DNA from: the human T2T-CHM13v2.0 reference genome, Homo sapiens | Strand: one strand, 5' to 3' | Assembly (NCBI RefSeq): GCF_009914755.1 | Contig: NC_060930.1 | DNA length: 64,000 nucleotides | Shown: positions 1 through 16,360 of the stretch, one piece after another | How the letters are laid out: every line of letters begins with the position of its first letter | Position numbering within the stretch: position 1 is the stretch's first letter | Position numbers and translations under genes: made by a program | The notes under the pieces: model-generated | What the model saw: the letters and a program-made list of their open reading frames with translations, nothing else | What the model was told of the DNA's origin: nothing | The model's database searches: none

Positions 1-25
1 TATTGTCAAATATTCAAAGAGCAAG

Positions 26-755
26 TGGACACATACATCTTCCCAAGACTCAACTAAGAAGAAATTGAATAGGAGAATAGACCAATAAAATGTTCTAAAA
101 TTGAGGCAGTAATTAATAGCCTACCAACCAAAAAAAGCCTAGGACCAGACAGATTTACAGTTGTACTCAAAGGTACAAAGAAGAGCTGGTACCATTTTTA
201 CTAAAACAATTCCAAATAATTGAAAAGGAGAGACTACTCCCTAACTCATTTTATGAGGCCAGCATCATCCTGATACCAAAACCTGGCAGAGATACAACAA
301 AAAAACAAAACTTCAGGCCAATATCTCTGATGAACATCAATGCAAAAATCCTCAATAAAATACTGGCAAACCGAATCCAGCAGCACATCAAAAAGCTTAT
401 TCACCACGATCAAGTCAGCTTCATCACCAAGATGCAAGGCTGGTTCAACATATGCAAATCAATATATGTAATTCATCACGTAAACAGAACTAAAGAGAAA
501 AACCTATGTGATTATCTCAATAGACACAGAAAAGGCCTTCGATAAAATTCAACTTCATGTTAAAAACTCTCAATAAACTAGGTGTTGATGGAACATACCT
601 CAAATAAGAGCCATTTATGACAAGCCCACAGCCAATATCATAGTGAATGGGCAAAAGCTGGAAGCATTCTCCTTGAAAACCTGCACAAGACAAAAATGCC
701 TTGCTCTCTCACCACTTCTATTCAACATAGTATTGGAAGTTCTGGCCCCGGCAAT
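26..755 (+). mobile_element. L1PA7/8-type LINE-1 internal ORF2 (RT region) fragment, truncated at both ends, no poly(A)
   Basis: ORF-track peptides [22 protein letters not shown] and [14 protein letters not shown] are L1 ORF2p RT motifs. Frameshifted. L1 similarity stops at ...ggcaat (755). Confidence 0.93.
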
Positions 756-759
756 GAGA

Positions 760-1395
760 CCATTTCTTAAAGAAACCCCAACCCCCTTGCCTTTTCCTGC
801 ACCCTCTTGGGCTGGTCAGATTTCCAGGAAAAAGCCTTCTAGTCACTTGCCTAAAGGGTACAGGTTTGGCTGTCAAATTTCTGACAGCTAATGGGAGAAG
901 GCTGTTGGTGATTACCAATTCATATTAGTAAGTATAGTCTGTTATTTCCCATTGTGCAGACGTGATAAATATGACCCCAACTGTTTACAGTATCTTCTAG
1001 TCCAGAAATTCTCTTTTTTCTCTCTCTAAAAGTAAACTTTCTGTCAGGATAGGGGTGGGTGTGTTGAGGGAAACAGGAGATTTGAGATTGTACATACGCC
1101 TTTAAAACAAAATTTTTCTTATTTTATCTCAGACCACCAAACTACACCAGAAGTACCTGGTATTGCCTGTTCCTAAACATTTTAGAAATTCTGTGCTGTA
1201 AATTGCACAGCTTCTTGGCTTTCACTGTTACTGGTTTGAGATGATCCTTCTTGGCTAAGCCTTTTCTGCTTTCAAAATTCTATTGTTGTGCTCTGCAGTA
1301 TATTTGTAGGATTATTCTTTATTGAAATTTTTTCTTTAATGTGGTTTCAGGAGAGAGGAAATGTAGATGTATGTTTTCACATTTTAACCCAAAAG
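760..1395 (-). mobile_element. Possible ancient L1M/HAL1-type 5'-end fragment
   Basis: The right end (tggtttcaggagagaggaaatgtagatgtatgttttcac...ttaacc) resembles the reverse complement of the recalled old L1ME/HAL1 5' terminus. Highly diverged, so the left boundary is uncertain. Confidence 0.4.
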
Positions 1396-1460
1396 ATTAT
1401 ATTTTTGTTTTTAAGACTTTAGAAATATGAAATAAAATTTGATCTATTAAAATGATGTCT

Positions 1461-3514
1461 CACCACTCCTATTCAACATAGTATTGGAAGTTCTGGTCAG
1501 GGCAATCTGGCAAGAGAAAGAAATAAAGGTATTCAAATAAAAAGAGAGGAAGTCAAATTGTCTCTGTTGCAGACGACATGATTGTATATTTAGAAAGCCC
1601 CATTATCTCAGCCCCAAATCTCCTTGAGCTGATAAGGAACTTCAGCAAAGTCTCAGGATATAAAATCAATGTGCTAAAATCACAAGCATTCCTATACACC
1701 AATAATAGAGAGCCAAATCATGAGTGAACTCCCACTCACAATTGCTAAAAGGAGAATAAAATACCTAGGAATGCAATTTACAAGGGATGTGAAGGGCCTC
1801 TTCAAGGAGAACTACAAACCACTGCTCAAGGAAATAAGAGAGGACACAAAAAAATGGAAAAGCATTCCACTCTCATAGATAGGAAGAATCAGTGTCATGA
1901 AAATGGCCATATTGCCCAAAGTAATGTATAGATTCAATGCTATCCCCATCAAGCTACAATTGAATTTCTTCACAGAATTAGGAAAAACTATTTTAAATTT
2001 CATATGGAACCAAAAAAGAGCCTGCATGGCCAAGACAATCCTAAGCAAAAAGAACAAAGCTGGAGGCATCATGCTATCTGACTTCAAACTATAGTACAAG
2101 GCTACAATAACCAAAACAGCGTGGTACTGGTAACAAAACAGATATTTAGACCAATGGAACAGAACAGAGCCCTCAGAAATAACACCACACATCTAAAACC
2201 ATCTGATCTTTGACAAACATGACAAAAACAGGCAATGCGGAAATGATTCCCTATTTAATAAATGGTGTTGGGAAAACTGGCTAGTCATATGCAGAACACT
2301 GAATTTGGACCCCTTCGTTAAACCTTACACAAAAATTAACTCAAGAAGGATTAAAGAATTAAATATAAGACCTAAAACCATAAAAAACCTAGAAGAAAAC
2401 CTAGGCAATACCATTCAGCACATAGGTATGGTCAAAGACTTCATGACTAAAACACCAAAAGCAATGGCAACAAAAGCCAAAATGGACAAATGGGATCTAA
2501 TTATACTAAAGAGCTTCTGCACAGAAAAGAAACCATAATCAGAGTGAACCAGCAACCTACAGAATGGGAGAAAATTTTTGCAAATTATCCATCTGACAAA
2601 GGGCTAATTTCCAGAATCTACAAAGAACTTAAACAAATTTACATGAAAAAACAAACAACCCCATCAAAAAGTGGACAAAGGATATGAACAGACACATCTC
2701 AAAAGAAGACATTTATGTGGCCAACAAACATATGAAAAAAAGCTCATCATCACTGGTCATTAAAGAAATGCAAATCAAACCACAATGGGATACCATCTCA
2801 TGCTGGTTAGAATGGCAATCATTAAAAAGTCAGAAAGCAACAGATGCTGGAGAGGGTGTGGAGAAATAGGAACGCTTTTACACTGTTGGTGGGAGTGTAA
2901 ATTAGTTCAACCATTGTGGAAGACTGTATGGCAATTCCTCAAGGTTCTAAAACCAGAAATACCATTTGACCCAGCAATCCCACTACTGGGTATATACCCA
3001 AAGGATTATCAATCATTCTACTATAAAGACACATGCACATGTATGTTTATTGTGGCAGTGTTCCCAATAGCAAAGACTTGGAAGCAACCAAAATGCCCAT
3101 CAATGATAGACTGGATAAAGAGAATGTGGTGCATATACACCATGGAATACTATGCAGCCATAAAAAAGGACGAGTTCATGTTCTTTGCAGGGACATGGAT
3201 GAAGGTGGTAACCATCATTCTCAGCAAACAAACACAAGAACAGAAAATCAAACACCATATGTTTTCACTCATAAGTGGGAGTTGAACAATGAGAACACAT
3301 GGACACAGGGAGGGGAATATCACACACTGGGCCCTGCTGGTGGGTGGGGGACTAGGGGAGGAATAGGATTAGGAGGAATACCTAATGGAGATGACGGGTT
3401 GATGGGTGCAGCAAACCACCATGGCACGTGTATACCTATGTAACAAACCTGCATGTTCTGCACATGTACCCCAGAACTTAAAGTATAATAAAAAATAAAA
3501 AAAATTATTTTATA
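1461..3514 (+). mobile_element. 5'-truncated L1PA7/8-type LINE-1 with 3' UTR, poly(A) and 12-bp TSD
   Basis: ORF2 C-terminal peptides ([26 protein letters not shown]), L1PA 3' UTR and an A-tail. TSD aaaatgatgtct at 1449-1460 and 3515-3526, preceded by TT (TT/AAAA endonuclease site). Confidence 0.96.
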
Positions 3515-3853
3515 AAAATGATGTCTGACTTAGAAGGGTGAAGTTCTAGGAAAAAATTATTTGTTCAATTTGTAAGTCTGCCTTCTTGTGTTTAGCATAT
3601 GTCAGATAGGTAGGTATATTGGGTGAGTAAGTGTGATTTGAATTGTCTAAGGGAATTTGACTAATTATGTATGTAAGTGGTATTAAGTGTTTTAAAAGGA
3701 TTTAACCTATTAAACTTTTGAGTTATTATACAATATTCAAAGATAATATTGACTAATTTTCAGTTTCAAGTGAAAGCAAGGTTTCATTTTTAGTCAAAAG
3801 TTCAGAAATAAAATAAAAATTTTCAATTGATGTATGATGTTAAGTAAAGCTAT

Positions 3854-4382
3854 CTTTTATTTATTTATTTTTCAATTTTAATTTTATTTTTCCATAAGTT
3901 TTTGGGGTAGAGGTGGTATTTGGTTATACATGTAAGTTCTTTAGTGGTGATTTGTAAGATTTTGGTGCACCCATCATCCATGTATAAACTGCACCATATT
4001 TGTCGTCTTTTATCCCTTGCCCCCTTTCTTTATTCCCCTCAAGTCCTCAAAGTCTATTGTATCATTCTAATGCCTTTGCATCCTAATAGCTTAGCTTACA
4101 TATATCACTGAGAAAATATGATATTTGGTTTTCCATTCCTGAGTTACATCACTTAGAATAATAGTCTCCAATCTCAGCCAGGTTACTGCAAATGCTGTTA
4201 ATTCATTCCTTTTTATGGCTGTGTAGTATTCCATTATATATATATATATATGTGTATATATGTGTATATATATGTATATATATGTATATGTGTATATATG
4301 TGTGTGTATATATATATGTGTATACATATGTATATATATGTGTATACATATGTATATATGTGTATATATATGTGTGTATATA

Positions 4383-4444
<62 letters not shown>

Positions 4445-5040
4445 GACACACCACAGTTTCTTTATCCACTCGTTGATTTATGGGAATTTGGGTTGGTTCT
4501 ATGATTTTGCAATTGTGAATTGTGCTGCTATAAACATGCGTGTGCAAGTATCTTTTTCGAATAGTGACTTCTTTTCCTCTGGGTAGACACCCAGTAGTGG
4601 GATTTGTGGATCAAATGGTAGTTCTACTTTTGGTTCTTTAAGGAATCTCCACACTGTTTTCCATCATGGCTGTACTAGTTTAAATTCCCACCAGCAGTGT
4701 AGAAGTGTTCCCTGTTCACCACATCCACATCAACACTTACTGTTTTTTGATTTTTTGATTATGGCCATTCTTGCAGGAATGAGGTGGTATTGCATTGTGG
4801 TTTTGATTAGCATTTCCCTGATCATTAATGATGTTGAGCATTTTTTATATGTTTATTCACCATTTGTATATCTTCTTTTGAGAATTTTCTATTCATGTTC
4901 TTAGCCTCCTTTTTGAAGGGATTGTTTGTTTTTTTCTTACTGATTTGTTTGAGTTCATTGTAGATTCTGGATATTAGTCCTTTTTCAGATGTATAGATTG
5001 TGAAGATTTTCTCCCACTCTGTGCATTGTCTGTTTACTCT
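3854..5040 (-). mobile_element. 5'-truncated L1PB1-like LINE-1 3' end
   Basis: Antisense 3' UTR (ttccataagtttttggggt...ggtggtatttggtta) and ORF2 end [31 protein letters not shown] gtaaagctat at 3844-3853 and 5041-5050. Confidence 0.92.
4235..4449. repeat. Compound (TA)n/(TATG)n/(TG)n/(CA)n microsatellite inside the L1PB
   Basis: Directly visible ~215-bp alternating purine-pyrimidine tract. It produces the YIYI/VCVY low-complexity ORFs. Confidence 0.97.
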
Positions 5041-5379
5041 GTAAAGCTATACTTTAAAAAGTATAATTTTAATAAATTAAATATTAATCAAAATATAGAA
5101 AATAACAGAGAGAGAATTTCTTTCCATGCATTAAAGCCTGCTCCTCTACCTCTAGACATTAAGAGATCACCAAAAAATCTTCTGTCACAGATAGTATTCA
5201 ACACTGTATTTCAATAATCAAGAGGTGGAAAAAAGAAGCATAAATATCAAAAAGTATAAAGAAAGTTATATTGTTTGAGAATAATTCCATTGCCCATATA
5301 CAAATACAAGATAACCAAAAGAAAAGCTATTAAAACAGGAAACAACACAATTAAGATACAAAAGCTAGGGCAGGGCAAA

Positions 5380-5780
5380 CTAGTATTGAGGGTTTGCAGT
5401 AGTTCAGGAGTAAGTGGGGTTAGAATGGATTGGAGTGTGAGCAGAAGTCATAAAGAGAATGGATGGAGAAACTTTTTTTTTTTTTTGAATCATCAGTCCT
5501 AGGTTACAGGTAGGATATGGGACATAGGAAAAGTAACTTTCATGGATGGCTCCAAGGTGTATGGGATAAGCAAGTTTGAAGAAGGCAGTGCAGTTTACTA
5601 AATGTAGGAAAACTAGAGGAAGACTAGATTGACTGTGGTTGAGAGTTGGCCCTTAAGAACTCAGTCATAGAAATAATTTTTAAAGGTAACCTGTTGGGCA
5701 TCTACATGGAAATATTGAGCAGTATGATATAGACATGGAGCCCAGAAAAATTGTCTGTGCTGGCAATAGATAACTGTTTT
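5380..5780 (-). mobile_element. L2 LINE fragment (ancient)
   Basis: Purine-rich stretch with typical antisense L2 motifs (ggatggctccaaggt...aagcaagtttgaagaagg; gggcatctacatggaaatattgagcag). Confidence 0.55.
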
Positions 5781-6129
5781 AAATCTTGTTGTGAGCTCCA
5801 TCATGAAAACAGAAAAGTAGAGGAACAGGAATAGAAAGCCACTGTTTAGTTGTCACACAAGATGGTAAATTAACTCATAGTCTGTAATAACTATAAAACT
5901 GTTTAGTCTTACAGAATGGATTTAAACTGTATTTTGAATTTTTAGACAACATAGATTATTTTGATGTATCAGAAACATTTTTCTTTATTTAGAGACCATT
6001 AAGCCACTTCTGAGTATGGCACTATGCTATTAATGTGCTGTATAAACTAATCTAAACAGGGGCAATTTGTACTTTCTGTCAGATTTAAAATATTCTCCCC
6101 CTTCCTATTCACACATGGAATTTAAAAGC

Positions 6130-7144
<1,015 letters not shown>

Positions 7145-7334
7145 TGAAGCCTGGTTTTGTCCTCTAGTACAGTATAGTTGATATTACTTGAAATTCTATA
7201 AACAAAGTTGACATTTGTGCTCAAGGCATTTTCACATATGTTGTTTTACTTAACACTCACAACACCAGGTGGAGTATTTTTTGATAGGTCTTTCAATCCC
7301 TGCAGACAGTGTAGCACATATAGGTAGGAGAGAA

Positions 7335-7535
7335 AAGTGGGGTCTGAATTCCAGCACAACCACATTAGCTGTGTAGTCTTGAAAAGTTTCATTCCTTTCT
7401 TTGATTCTTTTTCCTTATCTGTAAAACAGGGATAATTATAAATACATTACCAATTTATCATGAGAAAGAAATGGAATAATTCCCATAAACTACTTAGCAC
7501 AATGCCTGAACATGGTACTTCTTCAATAAGTGTTA
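7335..7535 (+). mobile_element. MIR SINE
   Basis: MIR core ttccttatctgtaaaacagggataat...cttagcacaatgcctgaacatggtact...caataagtgttagc. Confidence 0.75.
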
Positions 7536-7679
7536 GCGTTTGGTTTTAGTGATTCCTTTCCATTAAGGCAAATGAGATCTGGCAGGTCAAGCTTACTTTC
7601 TGTGGGTCACAAGCCAGAGAATGAATCAGGGTTTGATGATTGGTCTCTGGCAGTATGGAATTTTGTCCACAGGCAGTAA

Positions 7680-7860
7680 AGTTAGAAATCATTGGATTTG
7701 AACTTTGCTCTTGTCATTTGCTAGTTAGATGACCTTGCATCAGTTATTTAAATCTACTTAATGTCAGTTTTAGTTTTCTTATCTGTAAAGTGGAGAATTT
7801 AGTATTTCCATCAAAGATTGTTAGGATAATTTAATGAATAATGTTCACAAGACCGTAACA
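7680..7860 (+). mobile_element. MIR SINE
   Basis: tgaccttgcatcagttatttaaatct...tcagtttt...cttatctgtaaagtggagaat is the MIR core. Confidence 0.7.
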
Positions 7861-8574
7861 TATGGCTCCACAAAGGATCCTCCTCTTTCCTTTTTTCCTT
7901 GCTTAATCTACCTCTTTTTTCCTTCCACTAAACCTGTGGGGTTTAAATGAGATAAGATATGAAAAGCCCTTAGTCTGTAGCATGGCATACAAAATGCATT
8001 GACTAAATGAGAGCTAATTTTACAATATTTTATACCCATGGAACTTGAGGAAATGAGAATATATTTGAATGCTCTATTTATTGTGTCTAATATAAACCAA
8101 GATACAGTCTTTACCTTTGATATAATCTCAAATTTATTTAATTTTAATTTTTATGTGTTTTAACATTTAGATGTTTTGGATTTAAAAATATGTAACAATC
8201 TGAGATAGTGGAATCAAGTGATATTCAGATTACCTAGGTCTTACAAGAGTTGAGGAAAGTGAAGGGGGAAAGTTGACCGGTATAGTCAGAAGATTTATGA
8301 AGAAAATTCCATTCAGGATGCGCTATAAAAGATGGATAGAATTTGAGGAATTATGCCATAAGAAGAACCTATGAAGAATGAGAAAGAAAACTACTTTGCC
8401 TCTGACATATAGAGGCAGTTATGAAATTATGAAAGGGTTGTTGAGGAGAAACAGACCTGAAAGAGAATTTGAACTTTATTGGTTAAACAGGTACCTGAAA
8501 AAGATAGATTTAAATGGATTTTAACAAAAATATAAAATAAGTTACATTTCTGTACCCAGTCATACTGTGTCTAA

Positions 8575-8785
8575 TGAATATTTACTATTTACTGGGCACC
8601 ATACTGTGGATATATTTAATGTTCACAAGAATCTATGAGAGAGATAAAAATATTGTTTTCATTTTACATGTGGGGAAACAGAAGCTCAGAAAGACTAGAT
8701 AACTTATGTGAGGTCATATGATCAGTACATGATAGAGCTTAGATTGACTGAGAGAGTTGGGTTCAAGAGACTCTGCTCTCAGCTA
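8575..8785 (-). mobile_element. MIR SINE
   Basis: cattttacatgtggggaaacagaagctcagaaagactagataactt...aggtcatatg is the antisense MIR core. Confidence 0.7.
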
Positions 8786-9858
8786 TCTAGTAGTGGGAGA
8801 GATTCATACCCCTGACGGTCAGTATCTCACCAGTTCTGGGTTTTGGGCATTCTTTAATCCAGTTGTGATGGTGTCATTCCTTTAACATAAGTTATTGAGT
8901 GACCCTTTGGGAATTTTTCCACCTGTGATGTATCTGCTATGTCTGTTTTGGTATAGTAGTTCGGGTGGGAAAGGGCACAAGATATTTACAGATAATAGTT
9001 GTCCTGAATTTTTTGTGCGTGATTCTCAAAGCTTTTCTATTTGTGGCTTAATCTCCTGCAAAATGTAACTCAGTTGTCTCATTTTTGACATTTCTTCAAG
9101 TTTTTCATTTCTGTGCTAATTTCTTTGCCTTCCCTTTCTGTCCTGCTGAGTCTCAGGCAGCATGTCGAGAATTCGAGTCAGCACTGTGCAGTAGGCAACC
9201 AGGTTGCTTATAGACAGTCTGTCATTAGGCCCTTGAAAAAGGGCCCCTTAAAGTTGGAAAAGCCTACACGGGTACAAAATATGTTGCCTGGCACCAGATG
9301 TAATCAGAGTTTAAAAAGCAACTGTTAAGAGAAAGGTAAACTTTTCCTTTGAACTAAGCATACTGCTTAATTGATGCTACACAGCAGCTGTCATCAGGTG
9401 AAGGCAATGAGACTTACTTCAACCTCATTTCATGTGATATAAAATTAAAGCAAAACAAATGAAAAGCAAGCAAACAAACAAACTTACCTCTTCTCTGCTT
9501 TGTATTGAAGAGACACTGTGAACAAAGGTAGCATTATTATTAACCCATATAAATAAAAACATGAAGACTAACCTTTACTGATAAGACTAGCTCTTTCAGT
9601 TTGTAACATTACCTTGTTGCCTCTTGTAATGTTTTTCTGCATTGACCTTCTTGATGGAAAGATATGCCTACAGTATATAGTCCCAGACAAATAGTCTGGG
9701 AACTATTTGATAAAAATGGCAAACCGACTTTATTGATTTATGGAAATCTGGGACAATTAATGAGTTTACAATAGATTTTATAACACTTTTTATAAAATAT
9801 TTAATTATTAATGATCGTGTAGTAATATAAGTAGTAATAGTTTCTTGTTGACACTTCA

Positions 9859-10072
<214 letters not shown>

Positions 10073-10194
10073 CTAGTGTCATTGATAATTAATTATGGTA
10101 ACCACTAAAGCTGTGAAGAAATGTTTGCATACTTTCATCAGCTGAAGTCTTCATTATCTGCTGGGGCAAGATTCTGATGACACAGTGGATATTT

Positions 10195-10495
10195 TTTGTT
10201 TGTTTGTTTGTTTGTTTAAAAGTAGCTTTTTATGATAGAAAAGTTTTAGGTTTACAGAATAATTGCAAAGGTGTACGAAATATTCCCATATACCTCACAC
10301 CCAGTTTCCTCTATTATTAACATATGGTACATTTTTCACAATTAGTGAACCATTATTCATACATTATTATTAACTGAAGTCCACACTTTATTCAAATTTG
10401 TTTAATTGTCACATGGTTTCCTTCTTCTGTTCCTAAATCCCATCCAGATTACCTCATTACATTTAGTAGTCACATCGCTTTTGGTCCCTCTCAGC
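10195..10495 (-). mobile_element. Old L1MC-type 3' UTR fragment with (TTTG)n-degenerated tail
   Basis: Antisense L1MC 3' end (ttttaggtttacagaa...cccatatacctcacacccagtttcc). Probable TSD gacacag(tg/ct)gatattt at 10179-10194 and 10496-10511. Confidence 0.75.
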
Positions 10496-10609
10496 GACAC
10501 AGCTGATATTTAAGCAATACTTTGTCAGAGAAATAATACATCTATATCTGATAAAAAGATCTCACATATAATTCTTAAAACGACTCATAGCTTTTGTATA
10601 GTCAGAATA

Positions 10610-11437
10610 CAAACAAAAGAAATAGCAAGGAGATGATAAATGTTAACGAGGATGTAGAGAAAAAGGGAAATTTTGTGCACTGTTTGTGGGAATGTAAATG
10701 GGTACAGCCATTATGGAAAACATTATGAAGTCTCCTCAAGAAATTAAAACTAGAACTACTATGTGGCCTAGAAATCTCACTACTAGGTATACAGTCAAAG
10801 GAAATGAAATCACTATGTCAAAGAGATAGCTATATTCTGATATTCATTGCAACATTATTCACAATAGCAAAGAATGGAAACAACCTACATGCCTATTAAC
10901 ATAAATGGATAATGAAAATGTTATACATATATATACATAATACATATATATATAATATATGTATTATTTGGCTATATAAAAGAAAATCCTGTTACTTGTG
11001 ACAACATGGATGAACCTGGAGAACATTTTGCTAAGTCAAATGAACCAGACACAGAAAAATAATACTATATGAGCTCACTTGTGTATAGAATCTAAAAAAG
11101 TTGAATGCATAGAAGCAGAGAGTAGGACAATGCTTACCAGGGGCTGGGGGAGTGGGATATGTTGGTCAAAGGGTACAAACTTTCAGTTATAAGATAATAA
11201 GTTATGGGGATGTAGCATACAGCATGGTGACTATAGTTAAAAGTACTATATTGTTTATTAGAAATTTGATGAGAGTAGATTTTAAGTGTCCTCACCACAT
11301 ACATGTAGATGCAAAAAATGGTAACCATGATGATGATAAATATGTTAATTAATTTGACGGTGGTAATCAGTATACAATGGATATATATGTATATAAAATC
11401 ATGTAGTACACCTCAAACAGTTATTATTTATCAGTTA
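10610..11437 (+). mobile_element. L1MA9/10-like LINE-1 3' end
   Basis: ORF2 end plus L1MA 3' UTR (gatatgttggtcaaagggtacaaactttcagttataag...tgagagtagattttaagtgtcctcaccac). Confidence 0.85.
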
Positions 11438-14059
<2,622 letters not shown>

Positions 14060-15274
14060 CACGAATAGGATACAGTTTTATAGCAAGCTTTAATAGCAAA
14101 ATGTATTTTATAACAATAATATATGATCACTGGAGACATTTTGAAAAAAAAATACAGAAAACTTAAAGAAAATAAAAATTACTGACAATCCCACCACTCA
14201 GAAATATACTTTGCCACTTTTGTTATTTTTGAAAATTTTTGAATATAATCTTCCAGTCCATTTTTATGCTCTTTGCTGTGTACTTTGTGTGGAACATGTG
14301 AGTAACATGATGGATATGTTTTGTTTTAAAGGAGGTCTGTACCTCATCACACTGGAAGTAGTGAAATGGAGAATGAAGACAATATTCACTGAGGCTCCTC
14401 TAAGTCAGAGTTCCCAGACCGTAATTCACTTCTATTTTCTCGTTAAACTTCATGAATGAAGAAACTGTCTGCTCACCTATTTTTTAAAAATCGCTTTCTT
14501 AAACAATCTTGTTCCATTTACTTGACTCTAAATATAATGCAGATTTATCTTTATGGGTGAAACAAGGAGACCCAATGGCCAGTGGAATAACCAAAGGGAA
14601 AAATTGTTTTTGAAGAGTTGTGTAATTTTAGCTGTTATGATTACGATTGACACATCTTAACACAAACATTGGCACCTGGATGACAAACGAAGTCATTTGG
14701 ATGTGCTATTTAGAATGGCAGATCCAGAAGAGTGACAGAAAGCTCACTGCAGTATAGTTTTATAGTTTGTAACTTTGTATGAGCTAATTCTCAGTATTGG
14801 GGAACTCAGTTTTCATATATAGAAAAAATAGTATTAAGATCTGTATTACATTTACAAATGGGAAGAATCAATGGGCAATAGTTTGTAAAGTGCTTTTGCT
14901 TACCTGTCACCAACTTGGAGCTTTTCTTGTCTAATATGGATGATTTGTAGAACAACATTGTCTAAACCCAAAATAGTTTGGTTAATGTTAAATAAAGTGG
15001 AATAAAAATGCAATAAATCCTTTCTGAGATAATTTAAAAATATTGAGGAAGTCTAATTATATTATATGAATATTTAAGTGTGGATTTTTTTCTTTAAACC
15101 TTGTATCTTTGACCAGAAGTATCAAGACCCTATAACATGAATGGGCCTTGTATAATAGATGAATACTAAAGAGAAAAAAAGTAAACTCTAGCACTCGGTA
15201 CCTCCTCTTACTCCTTCCATTTTCTTCCTTTTATTGGTGAACTATAGGCTTGGTGTAATTTTTACAAAATCTTA

Positions 15275-15625
<351 letters not shown>

Positions 15626-16031
15626 TTAATCTTTCCCAGCGTTCATTTTAACTTGCCTTTTGCTAAATTACAGTCAGAAAACAAACTGTTCTGGACAGAA
15701 TTTCAGGAAACGTGACAGAAAATTATGTATCTACTGTTTTAAAAACTTCCTTGAAGTTAAATTATGGTACAAAAGAAGGACTTTACATATGTTCTTAACG
15801 TTTTAACATGATATGTCTAGAAGTTATTGCATAAATACTAATTACAACATTGCAGGGACTTTTTGGCAGCGAAGAGTTACATTGCAAAAATAGACCAAAC
15901 TCAGCCACATTACTTGAAAAGAGGCTTAGTCTGATTATGTTAAAATAATAACTTTTCTAAATTAAGTTGCAACATGTCATTTCTTTAGACAGAAAAAGGT
16001 TTATGTCTTGGAACGTATAGCAAGGTATATA

Positions 16032-16360
16032 CAGTCATGCATCACTTACCAACAGGGATACATTCGGAAAAATGTGTTGTTAGGTGATTTTTTATTGTAT
16101 GAACATCATAGAGTGTACTTACACAAACCTAGCTGGCTTATCCTATCACATACCTAGGCTATATGGTAGAGCCTATTACTCCTAGGCTACAAACCTGTGC
16201 AGTATGTTACTGTATTGAATGCTGTAGGCAGTTGTAACACAATAGTAACTATTTATATACCTAAACACAGAAAAGGCACGGTAAAAATATGCTATTATAA
16301 TCTTATAGGACTACATATATGTGGTCTCTTGACTGAAATGTTATTATGTGGCATTATTAT
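16032..16360 (+). mobile_element. Tigger3a (Golem/MER7A) DNA-transposon relic, TcMar-Tigger
   Basis: ta|cagtcatgc terminus and the diagnostic gagtgtacttacacaaacctag...cctaggctacaaacctgt. Confidence 0.85.

Noticed and set aside
4091-4586. Overlapping YIYI/VCVY-rich ORFs on both strands
   Set aside because: Artefact of the stop-free TA/TG microsatellite.
9678-9705. Small hairpin tagtcccagac-aaata-gtctgggaacta
   Set aside because: An 8-11 bp stem is close to chance expectation in 64 kb, and it may be a DNA-transposon remnant. No other support.
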